Origin: Escherichia coli
GTDB taxonomy: Bacteria > Pseudomonadota > Gammaproteobacteria > Enterobacterales > Enterobacteriaceae
Length of the DNA stretch: 64,000 bases
Assembly (NCBI RefSeq): GCF_030384885.1
Contig: NZ_CP128613.1
Strand: one strand, 5' to 3'
Below the pieces are notes generated by a model that saw only the letters and a list, made by a program, of their open reading frames with translations, was not told the origin of the DNA and did no database searches. The position numbers and the translations under genes are program-made. Below, piece by piece: positions 53,028-64,000 of the stretch. Every line of letters begins with the position of its first letter. The first letter of the stretch is position 1.

Positions 53028-53055
53028 TTCTGCAGACACTGTCTGCAGAATTCGA
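53028..53055. repeat. palindromic unit (core CAGACA-NN-TGTCTG) downstream of nanQ
   Basis: aattctgcagacactgtctgcagaatt, a near-perfect 27 bp palindrome; same family as three copies inside yhcG. Confidence 0.55.
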
Positions 53056-53066
53056 AACCGCTGAAA

Positions 53067-54194
53067 TTAACGGCGTCTATAGCCTTCCTCTAGCACCGCC
53101 TGTGTTCGAACGAGTTCATCCGCGAGTCGTTTTTCATCAGGTAGTTGCATCTTATATTCGCTTGCCAGAACGGTGTTAGGCAAACCTGCCAGCGCATAAT
53201 GCGCTTCTCCGGCTCCTTTCTCTGCACAGAGAACCAGACCGATGGGCGGATTTTCATCCGGTAGCGTCCAGTGCTCTTTGGCGTAGTTGAGATACATATT
53301 CATCTGTCCGGCATCGCTATAGCTGAATTTGCCCACTTTTAGATCGGCGATTAGCAGGCAGCGTAAACGGCGGTGGAAAAACAGCAGATCGACACGAAAC
53401 CAGTTGTCATCAATGCGTAACCTTCGCTGTCGACCAACAAAGGCAAAATCATCCCCAAGTTCCAGCATGAAATCCATCAGGTGATTGATCAGCGCCTCCT
53501 CAAAATCAGATTCTGAGTATTCATCTTTCAACTCCAGAAATTCGAGCACAAAGGGATCGCGTATCGCCTGTTGCGGAAGAATATGCATCTCGGCAGGAGC
53601 GTGTTGTTGCAGCATGGCTGATTTGTCATGTGACAGTAGTGTTCGCTCATAAAATTGGGTCGCAATTTGCCGTTCTAGCTGGCGAACAGACCAGCCACAG
53701 CGGAGCGTCTCTTTTTCATAAAAGCTGCGGGCGTCAGCGTTTTTAACGGAAAGTAGACGGACGTAGGTGGACCAGGGCAGGGGGAACGATTTGGCAGACA
53801 GCGTCTGCCAAATCTTTGCCGATGGGAATTCTGCAGACGGTGTCTGCGGAATTCCCAATGGTGTTAATTCGCCAGACACTGTCTGGCGAATTTCAACATG
53901 TTGAAAAAAGAGGTAAAAAAGCCTCATTTGGCGTAAGTTTTTTGCAGAGAACCCACGCTTATACCTTAGACTTAAATCCTTTGATAGTCGCTTGATTAGC
54001 TGCGCACCATACGCAGCTCTGGCCTCGCCACCTTGTTCAAATTCGACAATTCGTCGGCCAATTTCCCAGTATGTCGCGGTCATCAGCGCGTTAACACTAC
54101 GTACCGTTTCCGTCCTGGCGCTATCGACCAGATGAATAATGCCGTCGTGGATTTGCTGGTAGCCTGCTGTGGTTCCTTCTGAGAGCGATTCCAT
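53067..54194 (-). CDS. yhcG: DUF1016 / PD-(D/E)xK nuclease-superfamily protein YhcG
   Basis: 375 aa; family and K-12 length assigned from recall; contains an internal triplicated peptide motif encoded by palindromic DNA units. Confidence 0.75.
   Translation of the reverse strand: MESLSEGTTAGYQQIHDGIIHLVDSARTETVRSVNALMTATYWEIGRRIVEFEQGGEARAAYGAQLIKRLSKDLSLRYKRGFSAKNLRQMRLFYLFFQHVEIRQTVSGELTPLGIPQTPSAEFPSAKIWQTLSAKSFPLPWSTYVRLLSVKNADARSFYEKETLRCGWSVRQLERQIATQFYERTLLSHDKSAMLQQHAPAEMHILPQQAIRDPFVLEFLELKDEYSESDFEEALINHLMDFMLELGDDFAFVGRQRRLRIDDNWFRVDLLFFHRRLRCLLIADLKVGKFSYSDAGQMNMYLNYAKEHWTLPDENPPIGLVLCAEKGAGEAHYALAGLPNTVLASEYKMQLPDEKRLADELVRTQAVLEEGYRRR
53790..53897. repeat. three tandem palindromic units embedded in frame in yhcG
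   Basis: tttggcagacagcgtctgccaaa (53790-53812), gggaattctgcagacggtgtctgcggaattccc (53824-53856) and aattcgccagacactgtctggcgaatt (53867-53893); they encode the repeats IRQTVSGE / IPQTPSAEF / IWQTLSAK. Confidence 0.55.
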
Positions 54195-54377
54195 TATCTT
54201 TCCCTTTATATGGCGCAGTGTTGAATAATGGAATCAGCTATACGCCGGGCATCTGCCGGTAACAATCCAGATGTGCGTATTACATTGGTTTTCTTCAGAT
54301 TATGCGAGGCGCTTTCCAGAACGAAAGGAGAATTTCAGCGCCGACTCTTTTCTGAGGAGGCGGCGCTGGGACAGAGC

Positions 54378-55808
<1,431 letters not shown>

Positions 55809-58800
55809 TTACTGCGCCTGCACGCGCAACTCTGCTGCGCTACGACTACGGTGACCCAGCAGTGCTTTTACATCACTGGACTTCGGTTTAACCAGCGCAA
55901 ATTTCGTGGCGAAGGTTGACCAGTTAGCCAGAATCTCTTCACCACGCTGGGAACCGGTATGCTGAACATGCTCGGTGATAAGACCACGCAGATGCTCTTC
56001 ATGGATCGCCAGGGAGTCAACGCTTAAGACCTCGACCAGTTCCGGGTTAACGCGTTTGCGGAAATCGCCGCTTTCATCGAGAACGTAAGCGAAGCCGCCG
56101 GTCATGCCCGCGCCGAAGTTAACGCCGGTTTTACCCAGAATACAGACAATACCGCCCGTCATATATTCACAGCCGTTGTCGCCAATGCCTTCTACCACGG
56201 TGATAGCACCGGAATTACGCACGCCGAAACGTTCACCCGCGCGGCCTGCGGCATACAGACGACCACCGGTCGCGCCATACAGGCAGGTATTGCCGATAAT
56301 GCTTGCTTCATGGCTGCGGAAGGCTGAGCCAACCGGAGGACGAATGGCGATTAAGCCGCCCGCCATGCCTTTACCGACATAGTCGTTGGCATCACCGGTC
56401 AGGTACAGTTCCACGCCGCCCGCGTTCCACACACCGAAGCTCTGGCCTGCGGTGCCGTTGAAGTACGCTTTGATCGGATCGGCTGCCAGACCCTGATCGC
56501 CGTGCGTCTGGGCGATATAGCCCGAAAGCGATGCACCCACGGAACGGTCGGTGTTGCGAATATCGAACCAGAAGGTTTTGCTCTGACGCTCATCGACAAA
56601 CGGTTTCGCCTGTTGCAGCAACTGCGCGTTTAGCAGGCCATTATCAAACGGCGGGTTGTTTTCGGTGCAGTAGAGCGCCTTACCTGGATGCGGCTCGGCA
56701 GTCTCCAGCAGCTTCGACAGTGCCAGTTTCTGCTGTTTGGCGGTGAAACCGTCCAGCTCTTTCAGCAGGTCGGTGCGACCAATCAGATCCACCAGGCGCG
56801 TTACGCCCAGTTGCGCCATCAGCTCGCGGGTTTCACGGGCGATAAATTCAAAGTAGTTGGTCACCTTGAACGGCAAGCCGTGATAGTGGTTCTTACGCAG
56901 TTTGTCATCCTGAGTTGCTACACCGGTGGCGCAGTTGTTCAGGTGGCAGATTCGCAGGTATTTACAGCCGAGCGCCACCATCGGGCCAGTGCCGAAGCCG
57001 AAGCTTTCTGCGCCGAGAATCGCCGCTTTGATGATATCGACACCTGTTTTCAGGCCGCCATCGACCTGCAAACGGATCTTATGACGCAAGCCGTTGGCAA
57101 CCAGCGCCTGTTGTGTTTCAACAAGCCCCAGTTCCCACGGGCAGCCTGCGTATTTCACCGATGAAAGCGGACTTGCGCCAGTGCCGCCGTCATAGCCTGC
57201 GATGGTGATTAAATCGGCATAAGCTTTCGCTACACCTGTGGCGATGGTACCAACGCCCGGTTCGGACACCAGCTTCACGGAGATCATCGCTTTCGGGTTA
57301 ACCTGCTTGAGGTCGAAAATGAGCTGCGCTAAGTCCTCGATAGAGTAGATATCGTGGTGCGGCGGCGGGGAGATCAGCGTCACTCCGGGCACCGAATAGC
57401 GCAGTTTGGCAATGTAAGGAGTGACTTTGTCGCCCGGCAACTGACCGCCTTCGCCCGGCTTCGCGCCTTGGGCGACTTTAATCTGAATGACGTCAGCATT
57501 GACCAGATACGCCGGAGTAACACCGAAGCGACCGGACGCCACCTGCTTGATGCGCGACACTTTGTTAGTGCCGTAGCGCGCCGGATCTTCACCCCCTTCA
57601 CCGGAGTTCGAGTTACCGCCGATGCTGTTCATCGCTTCCGCCAGCGCCTCGTGGGCTTCCGGGCTTAATGCGCCGATAGACATCGCGGCGGTATCGAAGC
57701 GTTTAAACAGTTCGCTTGCCGGTTCAACATCAGCAATGTTGACCGCGTTTTCACCCGGCGTAATTGCCAGCAGATCGCGCAGCGTGGTTGCCGGACGCTC
57801 ATTAACCAGCTTCGCGTATTCCTGATAGTCGCTATACTCACCGCTCTGTACCGCCTGTTGCAGCGTGCGCACCACGTCCGGGTTGTAGGCGTGGTATTCG
57901 CCACCGTGCACATATTTCAATAGCCCGCCCTGGCTGATGGGCTTGCGCGCCAGCCAGGCACGTTTCGACAGATTCAGCAGATCCTGCTGGAAGTCTTCAA
58001 AGCTTGCCCCACCAATGCGGCTAACCGCGCCCTGGAAGCACAGGCCCACTACATCATCGTGCAGACCGACCGCTTCAAACAGTTTCGAGCAGCGGTAAGA
58101 CGCGATGGTGGAGATGCCCATTTTGGACATGATTTTGTACAAGCCTTTGTTGATGCCGTTACGGTAGTTGAGCATCACGGTACGATAATCTTTGGCAATC
58201 GCGTGGGTGTCTACCAGGCGGCCCAGCGTTTCATAGGCCAGGTACGGATAAATAGCCGTCGCGCCGAAGCCCAGCAACACGGCGAAGTGGTGCGGGTCGC
58301 GGGCGCTGGCGGTTTCGACGATGATATTGGCATCGCAACGCAGGCTTTGATCGACCAGACGAGTCTGGATCGCGCCAACCGCCATCGGAGCCGGAACCGG
58401 CAGGCGATCTTTAGCGATATTCCGGTCAGAAAGCACCAGCAGCACGGTGCCGCTGCGCACCATCTGTTCTGCTTTGTCGCACAGCTCTTTGACCGTCGCT
58501 TCGAGCGTGGTTTTAGTGACGTCAAAGGTGATATCCAGCGTATTTGCGCGGTAGTGCTCCTCTTTCATCGTCGTGAGCTGTTTGAAATCGGAGTAGAGCA
58601 GAATCGGCGATTTAAAGCTTAAACGGTGCGCCTGGCCTTCTGCTTCACAGAAGACGTTCATTTCACGCCCGATGCTGGTGGCGAGCGACATAACATGCGC
58701 TTCACGTAGCGGGTCGATTGGCGGGTTAGTGACCTGCGCAAACTGCTGGCGGAAGTAGTCGTAAATAATGCGCGGCTGGCTGGAGAGCACGGCGAATGGG

Positions 58801-60362
58801 GTGTCGTCGCCCATCGAACCGACGGCTTCCTGACCGTTTTCACCCAGGACGCGGATCACCGAATCCAGCTCTTCCGCGCTGTAGTTAAACTGTTTCTGGT
58901 AGCTGGCAAGCGTGTCGTCGTCCAGTTCGCGGCTACCCACTTCTTCATCGGGCAAGTCTTCAAACGGCACCAAACGGCGGACGTTTTTCTCCATCCACTC
59001 TTTATAAGGATGGCGGCTTTTCAGGTCGTCATCGGTTTCAGCAGAGTGCAGAATACGCCCACTGCGGGTGTCGATCACCATCAGTTCACCCGGCCCTACG
59101 CGGCCTTTTTCGACCACTTCGTCAGGCTGATAATCCCAGATGCCCACTTCAGAGGCGCAGGTGATGAGCTTATCTTTGGTGATGACATAGCGCGCCGGAC
59201 GCAGACCGTTACGGTCGAGGTTACAGGCGGCAAAACGACCATCGGACATCACGATGCCCGCCGGACCATCCCACGGCTCCATATGCATGGAGTTAAAGTC
59301 GAAGAAAGCGCGCAGCTCCGGGTCCATATCCGGGTTGTTCTGCCAGGCGGGTGGCACTAACAGACGCATGGCGCGGATGATATCCATCCCGCCCGCCAGC
59401 AGCAGTTCCAGCATGTTATCCATGGAACTGGAGTCAGAACCGGTTTCGTTGACGAACGGCGCGGCGTCGTGCAGGTCAGGGATCAGCGGTGTCTGGAATT
59501 TATAGGTACGCGCGCGCGCCCATTGGCGGTTACCGGTGATGGTGTTGATTTCACCGTTATGCGCCAGGTAGCGGAACGGCTGCGCCAGCGGCCAGCGCGG
59601 TACGGTGTTAGTGGAGAAGCGCTGGTGGAACAGGCAGATGGCCGATTCCAGACGCAGGTCCGCGAGGTCCAGGTAGAAGCGCGGCAGATCCGCCGGCATA
59701 CACAGACCTTTATAGATGTTCACCAGATTCGACAGGCTACAGACGTAGAAGTCTTTGTCAGCTTCGAGACGCTTTTCAATGCGGCGGCGGGCGATAAACA
59801 GACGGCGCTCCATATCGCGCGGACGCCAACCTGCCGGGGCGTTCACAAAAATTTGCTCAATGCGTGGCAGAGAGGAGAGGGCGATTTCACCCAGCACGCC
59901 TTCGTTAGTGGGGACATCACGCCAGCCGACAATCGACAACGTTTCGCGTTGCAGCTCTTCTTCAACGATGCGGCGTGCGGTCGCGGCGAGTTCAGGATCT
60001 TTATTCAGGAAAAGCATCCCGACGGCGTAGTTTTTCGCTAAACGCCAGCCTCGCTCCTGCGCAACAATGCGAAAAAAGCGATCCGGTTTTTGTAACAGCA
60101 AGCCGCAACCGTCACCGGTTTTACCATCGGCGAGAATCGCGCCACGGTGCTGCATACGGGCCAGTGCGTGTATTGCAGTACGCACTACCTTGTGGCTAGG
60201 TTCGCCTTCTATGTGGGCGATCAGGCCGAAACCACAGTTATCCCTCTCAAGGGATTTATCGTACAACATATCGTGAACCTCCCCCAGGCTCTGCGGGAAC
60301 CCCACTTCCGAACCGCTGCGCACGGGCACAGAAAGAGCGTGGCGACGGGGTTTGCGTTTCAT
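55809..60362 (-). CDS. gltB: glutamate synthase large subunit
   Basis: ORF 55809..60377; start MKRKPRRHALSVPVRSG gives 1517 aa; amidotransferase N-terminus with catalytic Cys (CGFGLIAHIEG). Confidence 0.96.
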   Translation of the reverse strand: MKRKPRRHALSVPVRSGSEVGFPQSLGEVHDMLYDKSLERDNCGFGLIAHIEGEPSHKVVRTAIHALARMQHRGAILADGKTGDGCGLLLQKPDRFFRIVAQERGWRLAKNYAVGMLFLNKDPELAATARRIVEEELQRETLSIVGWRDVPTNEGVLGEIALSSLPRIEQIFVNAPAGWRPRDMERRLFIARRRIEKRLEADKDFYVCSLSNLVNIYKGLCMPADLPRFYLDLADLRLESAICLFHQRFSTNTVPRWPLAQPFRYLAHNGEINTITGNRQWARARTYKFQTPLIPDLHDAAPFVNETGSDSSSMDNMLELLLAGGMDIIRAMRLLVPPAWQNNPDMDPELRAFFDFNSMHMEPWDGPAGIVMSDGRFAACNLDRNGLRPARYVITKDKLITCASEVGIWDYQPDEVVEKGRVGPGELMVIDTRSGRILHSAETDDDLKSRHPYKEWMEKNVRRLVPFEDLPDEEVGSRELDDDTLASYQKQFNYSAEELDSVIRVLGENGQEAVGSMGDDTPFAVLSSQPRIIYDYFRQQFAQVTNPPIDPLREAHVMSLATSIGREMNVFCEAEGQAHRLSFKSPILLYSDFKQLTTMKEEHYRANTLDITFDVTKTTLEATVKELCDKAEQMVRSGTVLLVLSDRNIAKDRLPVPAPMAVGAIQTRLVDQSLRCDANIIVETASARDPHHFAVLLGFGATAIYPYLAYETLGRLVDTHAIAKDYRTVMLNYRNGINKGLYKIMSKMGISTIASYRCSKLFEAVGLHDDVVGLCFQGAVSRIGGASFEDFQQDLLNLSKRAWLARKPISQGGLLKYVHGGEYHAYNPDVVRTLQQAVQSGEYSDYQEYAKLVNERPATTLRDLLAITPGENAVNIADVEPASELFKRFDTAAMSIGALSPEAHEALAEAMNSIGGNSNSGEGGEDPARYGTNKVSRIKQVASGRFGVTPAYLVNADVIQIKVAQGAKPGEGGQLPGDKVTPYIAKLRYSVPGVTLISPPPHHDIYSIEDLAQLIFDLKQVNPKAMISVKLVSEPGVGTIATGVAKAYADLITIAGYDGGTGASPLSSVKYAGCPWELGLVETQQALVANGLRHKIRLQVDGGLKTGVDIIKAAILGAESFGFGTGPMVALGCKYLRICHLNNCATGVATQDDKLRKNHYHGLPFKVTNYFEFIARETRELMAQLGVTRLVDLIGRTDLLKELDGFTAKQQKLALSKLLETAEPHPGKALYCTENNPPFDNGLLNAQLLQQAKPFVDERQSKTFWFDIRNTDRSVGASLSGYIAQTHGDQGLAADPIKAYFNGTAGQSFGVWNAGGVELYLTGDANDYVGKGMAGGLIAIRPPVGSAFRSHEASIIGNTCLYGATGGRLYAAGRAGERFGVRNSGAITVVEGIGDNGCEYMTGGIVCILGKTGVNFGAGMTGGFAYVLDESGDFRKRVNPELVEVLSVDSLAIHEEHLRGLITEHVQHTGSQRGEEILANWSTFATKFALVKPKSSDVKALLGHRSRSAAELRVQAQ

Positions 60363-60943
60363 ACGCGCGCCTCGCATTCGCCCCCTTGTTGTCCTTTTCG
60401 CATCGATTAATACGGTGAAGAGGGGATCTCAATTACTGCATAAATATGATGAGCAGGCTGCTCATCCAGAAAGCTTCCAGCGGATTTCCAACTTATCGGG
60501 AAAGCTGATACAGGTCAAATGGCAAGCTTATTGGTACAGAAATGTGCTTTAGCGCAAAATTCTTTATTAATTGTCTGAAATTAAAATAGATTTTCTCTTT
60601 ACGGCTAAAAGGGGAGTCGTTAGAGAAACTGCCAACTCCTGACTGTCATAAAGGCGTGTTAACCCTTATCCTGCCTTGAACTGATGAGAAAACCAGCATT
60701 TTATACTGCCTTAATTGGTAATGACGTTTCATGCTACTGTTTTTGCCTAAAATCCATAAGGAGATAAAAAAATCTGACACAAGATAAGCAAAAGTGATTT
60801 ATGTGATTATGAATGAAATCTCGGTAATTTTGATTGATTATGCATTTGATAAAGGCAGGCCGGGACGATTGATCCAGGTCATCGCCGAATTGAGCTAAAA
60901 ATGGCAGGCTTTGGCCTCTTTTCAAGGCGCGGTCTATCAGATT
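60363..60943. promoter_or_regulatory. divergent gltB / yhcC promoter region
   Basis: 581 bp intergenic region between divergent genes, A/T-rich in its centre; the gltB promoter with a long leader is established knowledge. Individual sites not mapped. Confidence 0.4.
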
Positions 60944-61873
60944 ATGCAGTTACAGAAATTAGTCAATATGTTTGGTGGTGATCTCACCCGTCGTTATGGG
61001 CAAAAGGTGCATAAGCTGACGCTGCACGGCGGTTTTAGCTGCCCTAACCGTGACGGTACCATCGGGCGTGGTGGCTGCACATTCTGTAATGTTGCCTCGT
61101 TTGCCGATGAAGCGCAGCAGCATCATTCCATTGCCGAGCAACTGGCGCACCAGGCGAATTTAGTTAACCGCGCTAAACGCTATCTGGCCTACTTTCAGGC
61201 GTATACCAGCACCTTTGCGGAAGTTCAGGTGCTGCGTTCTATGTATCAGCAGGCGGTGAGCCAGGCCAATATTGTCGGTTTGTGTGTTGGTACCCGCCCG
61301 GACTGCGTGCCGGATGCGGTGCTGGATCTGCTTTGCGAATATAAGGACCAGGGCTACGAAGTGTGGCTGGAGCTGGGGCTACAAACCGCCCACGACAAAA
61401 CGCTGCATCGCATCAATCGCGGTCATGATTTTGCCTGCTATCAGCGCACGACCCAGCTGGCGCGTGAGCGCGGGCTGAAGGTGTGTTCTCACTTAATTGT
61501 CGGCCTGCCTGGCGAAGGGCAGGCTGAATGTTTGCAAACGCTGGAGCGAGTGGTTGAAACCGGCGTGGACGGTATAAAGCTGCATCCGCTGCATATTGTG
61601 AAAGGCAGCATTATGGCGAAAGCCTGGGAAGCGGGGCGTTTGAATGGTATTGAACTGGACGATTACACGGTCACCGCCGGAGAAATGATTCGCCATACGC
61701 CACCGGAAGTGATCTACCACCGCATTTCCGCCAGCGCCCGTCGCCCGACGTTGCTTGCTCCGCTGTGGTGCGAAAATCGATGGACGGGAATGGTCGAGCT
61801 GGATCGCTATCTGAATGAACATGGCGTACAGGGATCGGCGCTGGGACGTCCGTGGCTACCTCCAACGGCGTAG
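60944..61873 (+). CDS. yhcC: radical SAM protein YhcC (TIGR01212 family)
   Basis: ORF 60911..61873; start MQLQKLVNMFGGDL gives 309 aa; cysteine cluster CPNRDGTIGRGGCTFC. Confidence 0.85.
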   Translation: MQLQKLVNMFGGDLTRRYGQKVHKLTLHGGFSCPNRDGTIGRGGCTFCNVASFADEAQQHHSIAEQLAHQANLVNRAKRYLAYFQAYTSTFAEVQVLRSMYQQAVSQANIVGLCVGTRPDCVPDAVLDLLCEYKDQGYEVWLELGLQTAHDKTLHRINRGHDFACYQRTTQLARERGLKVCSHLIVGLPGEGQAECLQTLERVVETGVDGIKLHPLHIVKGSIMAKAWEAGRLNGIELDDYTVTAGEMIRHTPPEVIYHRISASARRPTLLAPLWCENRWTGMVELDRYLNEHGVQGSALGRPWLPPTA

Positions 61874-61968
61874 GCCATTGAGGGGAATTCCGCATTTCTC
61901 ACACAATTTATAACGTAACTGTCAGAATTGGGTATTATTGGGGCAGGTTGTCGTGAAGGAATTCCCTA

Positions 61969-64000
61969 ATGAAGCAAATTCGTCTGCTGGCGCAGTATTA
62001 TGTTGACCTGATGATGAAGTTAGGTCTGGTGCGCTTCTCAATGTTGCTGGCGCTGGCCCTCGTCGTTCTTGCCATTGTGGTACAAATGGCAGTGACCATG
62101 GTGCTGCATGGTCAGGTCGAAAGCATTGATGTTATTCGTTCTATCTTCTTTGGTTTGCTGATTACGCCGTGGGCGGTCTACTTTCTATCGGTGGTCGTCG
62201 AGCAACTGGAGGAGTCACGACAACGTCTGTCACGGCTGGTGCAAAAACTGGAGGAGATGCGCGAGCGCGATTTGAGCCTCAACGTTCAGTTAAAAGATAA
62301 TATTGCCCAGCTAAATCAGGAAATTGCCGTTCGTGAAAAAGCGGAAGCAGAACTGCAGGAAACCTTCGGCCAACTGAAAATTGAAATTAAAGAGCGCGAA
62401 GAGACACAAATTCAGCTCGAGCAGCAATCCTCATTCTTACGTTCCTTCCTTGATGCTTCACCCGACCTGGTTTTTTATCGTAACGAAGATAAAGAGTTTT
62501 CCGGCTGTAACCGCGCGATGGAGCTGCTGACCGGAAAAAGCGAAAAACAACTGGTTCACCTGAAACCTGCTGATGTTTACTCACCGGAAGCCGCTGCGAA
62601 AGTCATTGAAACCGATGAAAAAGTGTTCCGTCATAATGTGTCACTGACCTATGAGCAGTGGCTGGATTATCCCGACGGACGCAAAGCCTGCTTTGAAATC
62701 CGTAAAGTGCCGTACTACGACCGCGTGGGTAAACGTCACGGTTTAATGGGTTTTGGTCGCGACATTACCGAGCGTAAGCGGTATCAGGATGCACTTGAAC
62801 GCGCCAGCCGCGACAAAACAACGTTTATCTCCACCATCAGTCACGAATTGCGTACACCGCTGAACGGTATCGTCGGCCTGAGCCGCATTCTGCTGGATAC
62901 TGAACTTACCGCTGAGCAGGAAAAATATCTCAAAACCATCCATGTTTCTGCCGTCACGCTGGGGAATATCTTCAACGATATTATCGACATGGATAAGATG
63001 GAACGGCGCAAGGTCCAGCTTGATAATCAGCCAGTTGATTTCACCAGCTTCCTTGCCGATCTGGAAAATCTCTCCGCATTGCAGGCGCAACAGAAAGGGT
63101 TGCGCTTTAATCTGGAACCGACGCTGCCATTACCGCATCAGGTCATTACTGATGGGACGCGTTTACGGCAGATCCTGTGGAACCTCATCAGTAACGCCGT
63201 CAAATTTACCCAGCAGGGCCAGGTTACCGTGCGCGTGCGCTACGATGAAGGCGATATGCTGCATTTTGAAGTGGAAGATTCCGGCATTGGCATTCCTCAG
63301 GATGAACTGGATAAAATTTTCGCCATGTATTACCAGGTGAAAGACAGTCATGGCGGTAAGCCCGCCACTGGCACCGGTATTGGTCTGGCCGTTTCTCGTC
63401 GTCTGGCGAAAAATATGGGCGGCGATATTACGGTTACCAGCGAACAGGGCAAAGGTTCCACCTTTACGTTGACGATCCACGCACCGTCGGTGGCTGAAGA
63501 GGTCGATGATGCGTTTGACGAAGACGATATGCCTTTACCGGCGCTGAATGTGCTGCTGGTGGAGGACATTGAACTGAACGTGATTGTCGCGCGTTCTGTG
63601 CTGGAAAAATTAGGAAACAGCGTTGATGTCGCAATGACCGGCAAGGCGGCGCTGGAGATGTTTAAACCGGGTGAATACGACCTGGTGTTGCTGGATATTC
63701 AGTTGCCAGATATGACCGGGCTGGATATCTCTCGTGAACTGACGAAGCGATATCCGCGCGAGGATTTACCACCGCTGGTAGCCTTAACCGCTAACGTACT
63801 GAAAGACAAACAAGAGTACCTCAATGCTGGAATGGATGATGTGCTGAGTAAGCCGCTTTCTGTTCCAGCGCTAACCGCGATGATCAAGAAATTCTGGGAT
63901 ACCCAGGATGATGAGGAGAGCACGGTGACGACAGAAGAGAACAGCAAATCTGAAGCATTACTCGATATTCCCATGCTGGAACAGTATCTCGAACTTGTAG
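61969..64000 (+). CDS. arcB: aerobic respiration control sensor histidine kinase ArcB (3'-truncated by window end)
   Basis: Starts MKQIRLLAQYYVDLMMKLGLVRFSMLLALALVVLAIV; HisKA motif ISTISHELRTPLNGIVGLSRIL, HATPase region and receiver domain (VLLVEDIELNVIVA); runs off the end of the window. Confidence 0.92.
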   Translation, partial: MKQIRLLAQYYVDLMMKLGLVRFSMLLALALVVLAIVVQMAVTMVLHGQVESIDVIRSIFFGLLITPWAVYFLSVVVEQLEESRQRLSRLVQKLEEMRERDLSLNVQLKDNIAQLNQEIAVREKAEAELQETFGQLKIEIKEREETQIQLEQQSSFLRSFLDASPDLVFYRNEDKEFSGCNRAMELLTGKSEKQLVHLKPADVYSPEAAAKVIETDEKVFRHNVSLTYEQWLDYPDGRKACFEIRKVPYYDRVGKRHGLMGFGRDITERKRYQDALERASRDKTTFISTISHELRTPLNGIVGLSRILLDTELTAEQEKYLKTIHVSAVTLGNIFNDIIDMDKMERRKVQLDNQPVDFTSFLADLENLSALQAQQKGLRFNLEPTLPLPHQVITDGTRLRQILWNLISNAVKFTQQGQVTVRVRYDEGDMLHFEVEDSGIGIPQDELDKIFAMYYQVKDSHGGKPATGTGIGLAVSRRLAKNMGGDITVTSEQGKGSTFTLTIHAPSVAEEVDDAFDEDDMPLPALNVLLVEDIELNVIVARSVLEKLGNSVDVAMTGKAALEMFKPGEYDLVLLDIQLPDMTGLDISRELTKRYPREDLPPLVALTANVLKDKQEYLNAGMDDVLSKPLSVPALTAMIKKFWDTQDDEESTVTTEENSKSEALLDIPMLEQYLELV

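Noticed and set aside
53028-53856. Engineered polylinker or cloning scar (EcoRI GAATTC and PstI CTGCAG sites inside the palindromes)
   Set aside because: The sites arise from the palindrome consensus itself, occur in several diverged copies and preserve the yhcG reading frame; the context is otherwise native chromosome. Could not be excluded without comparison to related genomes.
53790-53897. CRISPR array interpretation of the tandem palindromes
   Set aside because: The units are imperfect palindromes of different sequence and length with no regular repeat-spacer periodicity, no leader and no cas genes; they lie inside an ORF.
55809-60377. Many plus-strand ORFs of 60-190 aa inside gltB (for example 56688..57164 and 58059..58622)
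   Set aside because: They lie antisense within a well-supported 1517 aa glutamate synthase gene and have low-complexity Arg/Ala-rich translations typical of shadow ORFs in GC-rich coding sequence.

Overview
This window reads as an Escherichia coli-type chromosomal segment, inverted relative to the usual K-12 orientation, running from envR/acrS through fis, panF, accBC, mreBCD, rng, yhdP, tldD, aaeRXAB, argR, mdh, degSQ, rplM-rpsI, sspAB, dcuD and the nan operon to gltBD, yhcC and the 5' part of arcB. All gene names are assigned from my recall of the protein sequences and gene order; no database search was run. Two departures from the K-12 order stand out. First, an ~8.6 kb accessory module sits between yhdT and the accC terminator (about 6381-14965). 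It encodes a DeoR regulator, two paralogous pfkB-family sugar kinases, a GatY/KbaY-like class II aldolase, a CUT2-type ABC sugar importer and a DUF4432-like protein, with no integrase, IS or tRNA. I read it as a candidate uncharacterised ketohexose (tagatose-like) phosphate catabolic system, and it is the best candidate for a novel system in the window. Second, gltD is followed within 183 bp by yhcG, so the gltF-yhcADEF block expected here is absent. A family of 25-33 bp palindromic units occurs once downstream of nanQ and three times in frame inside yhcG. The rest is conserved core genome with recognisable terminators, REP elements and the NanR GGTATA operator.
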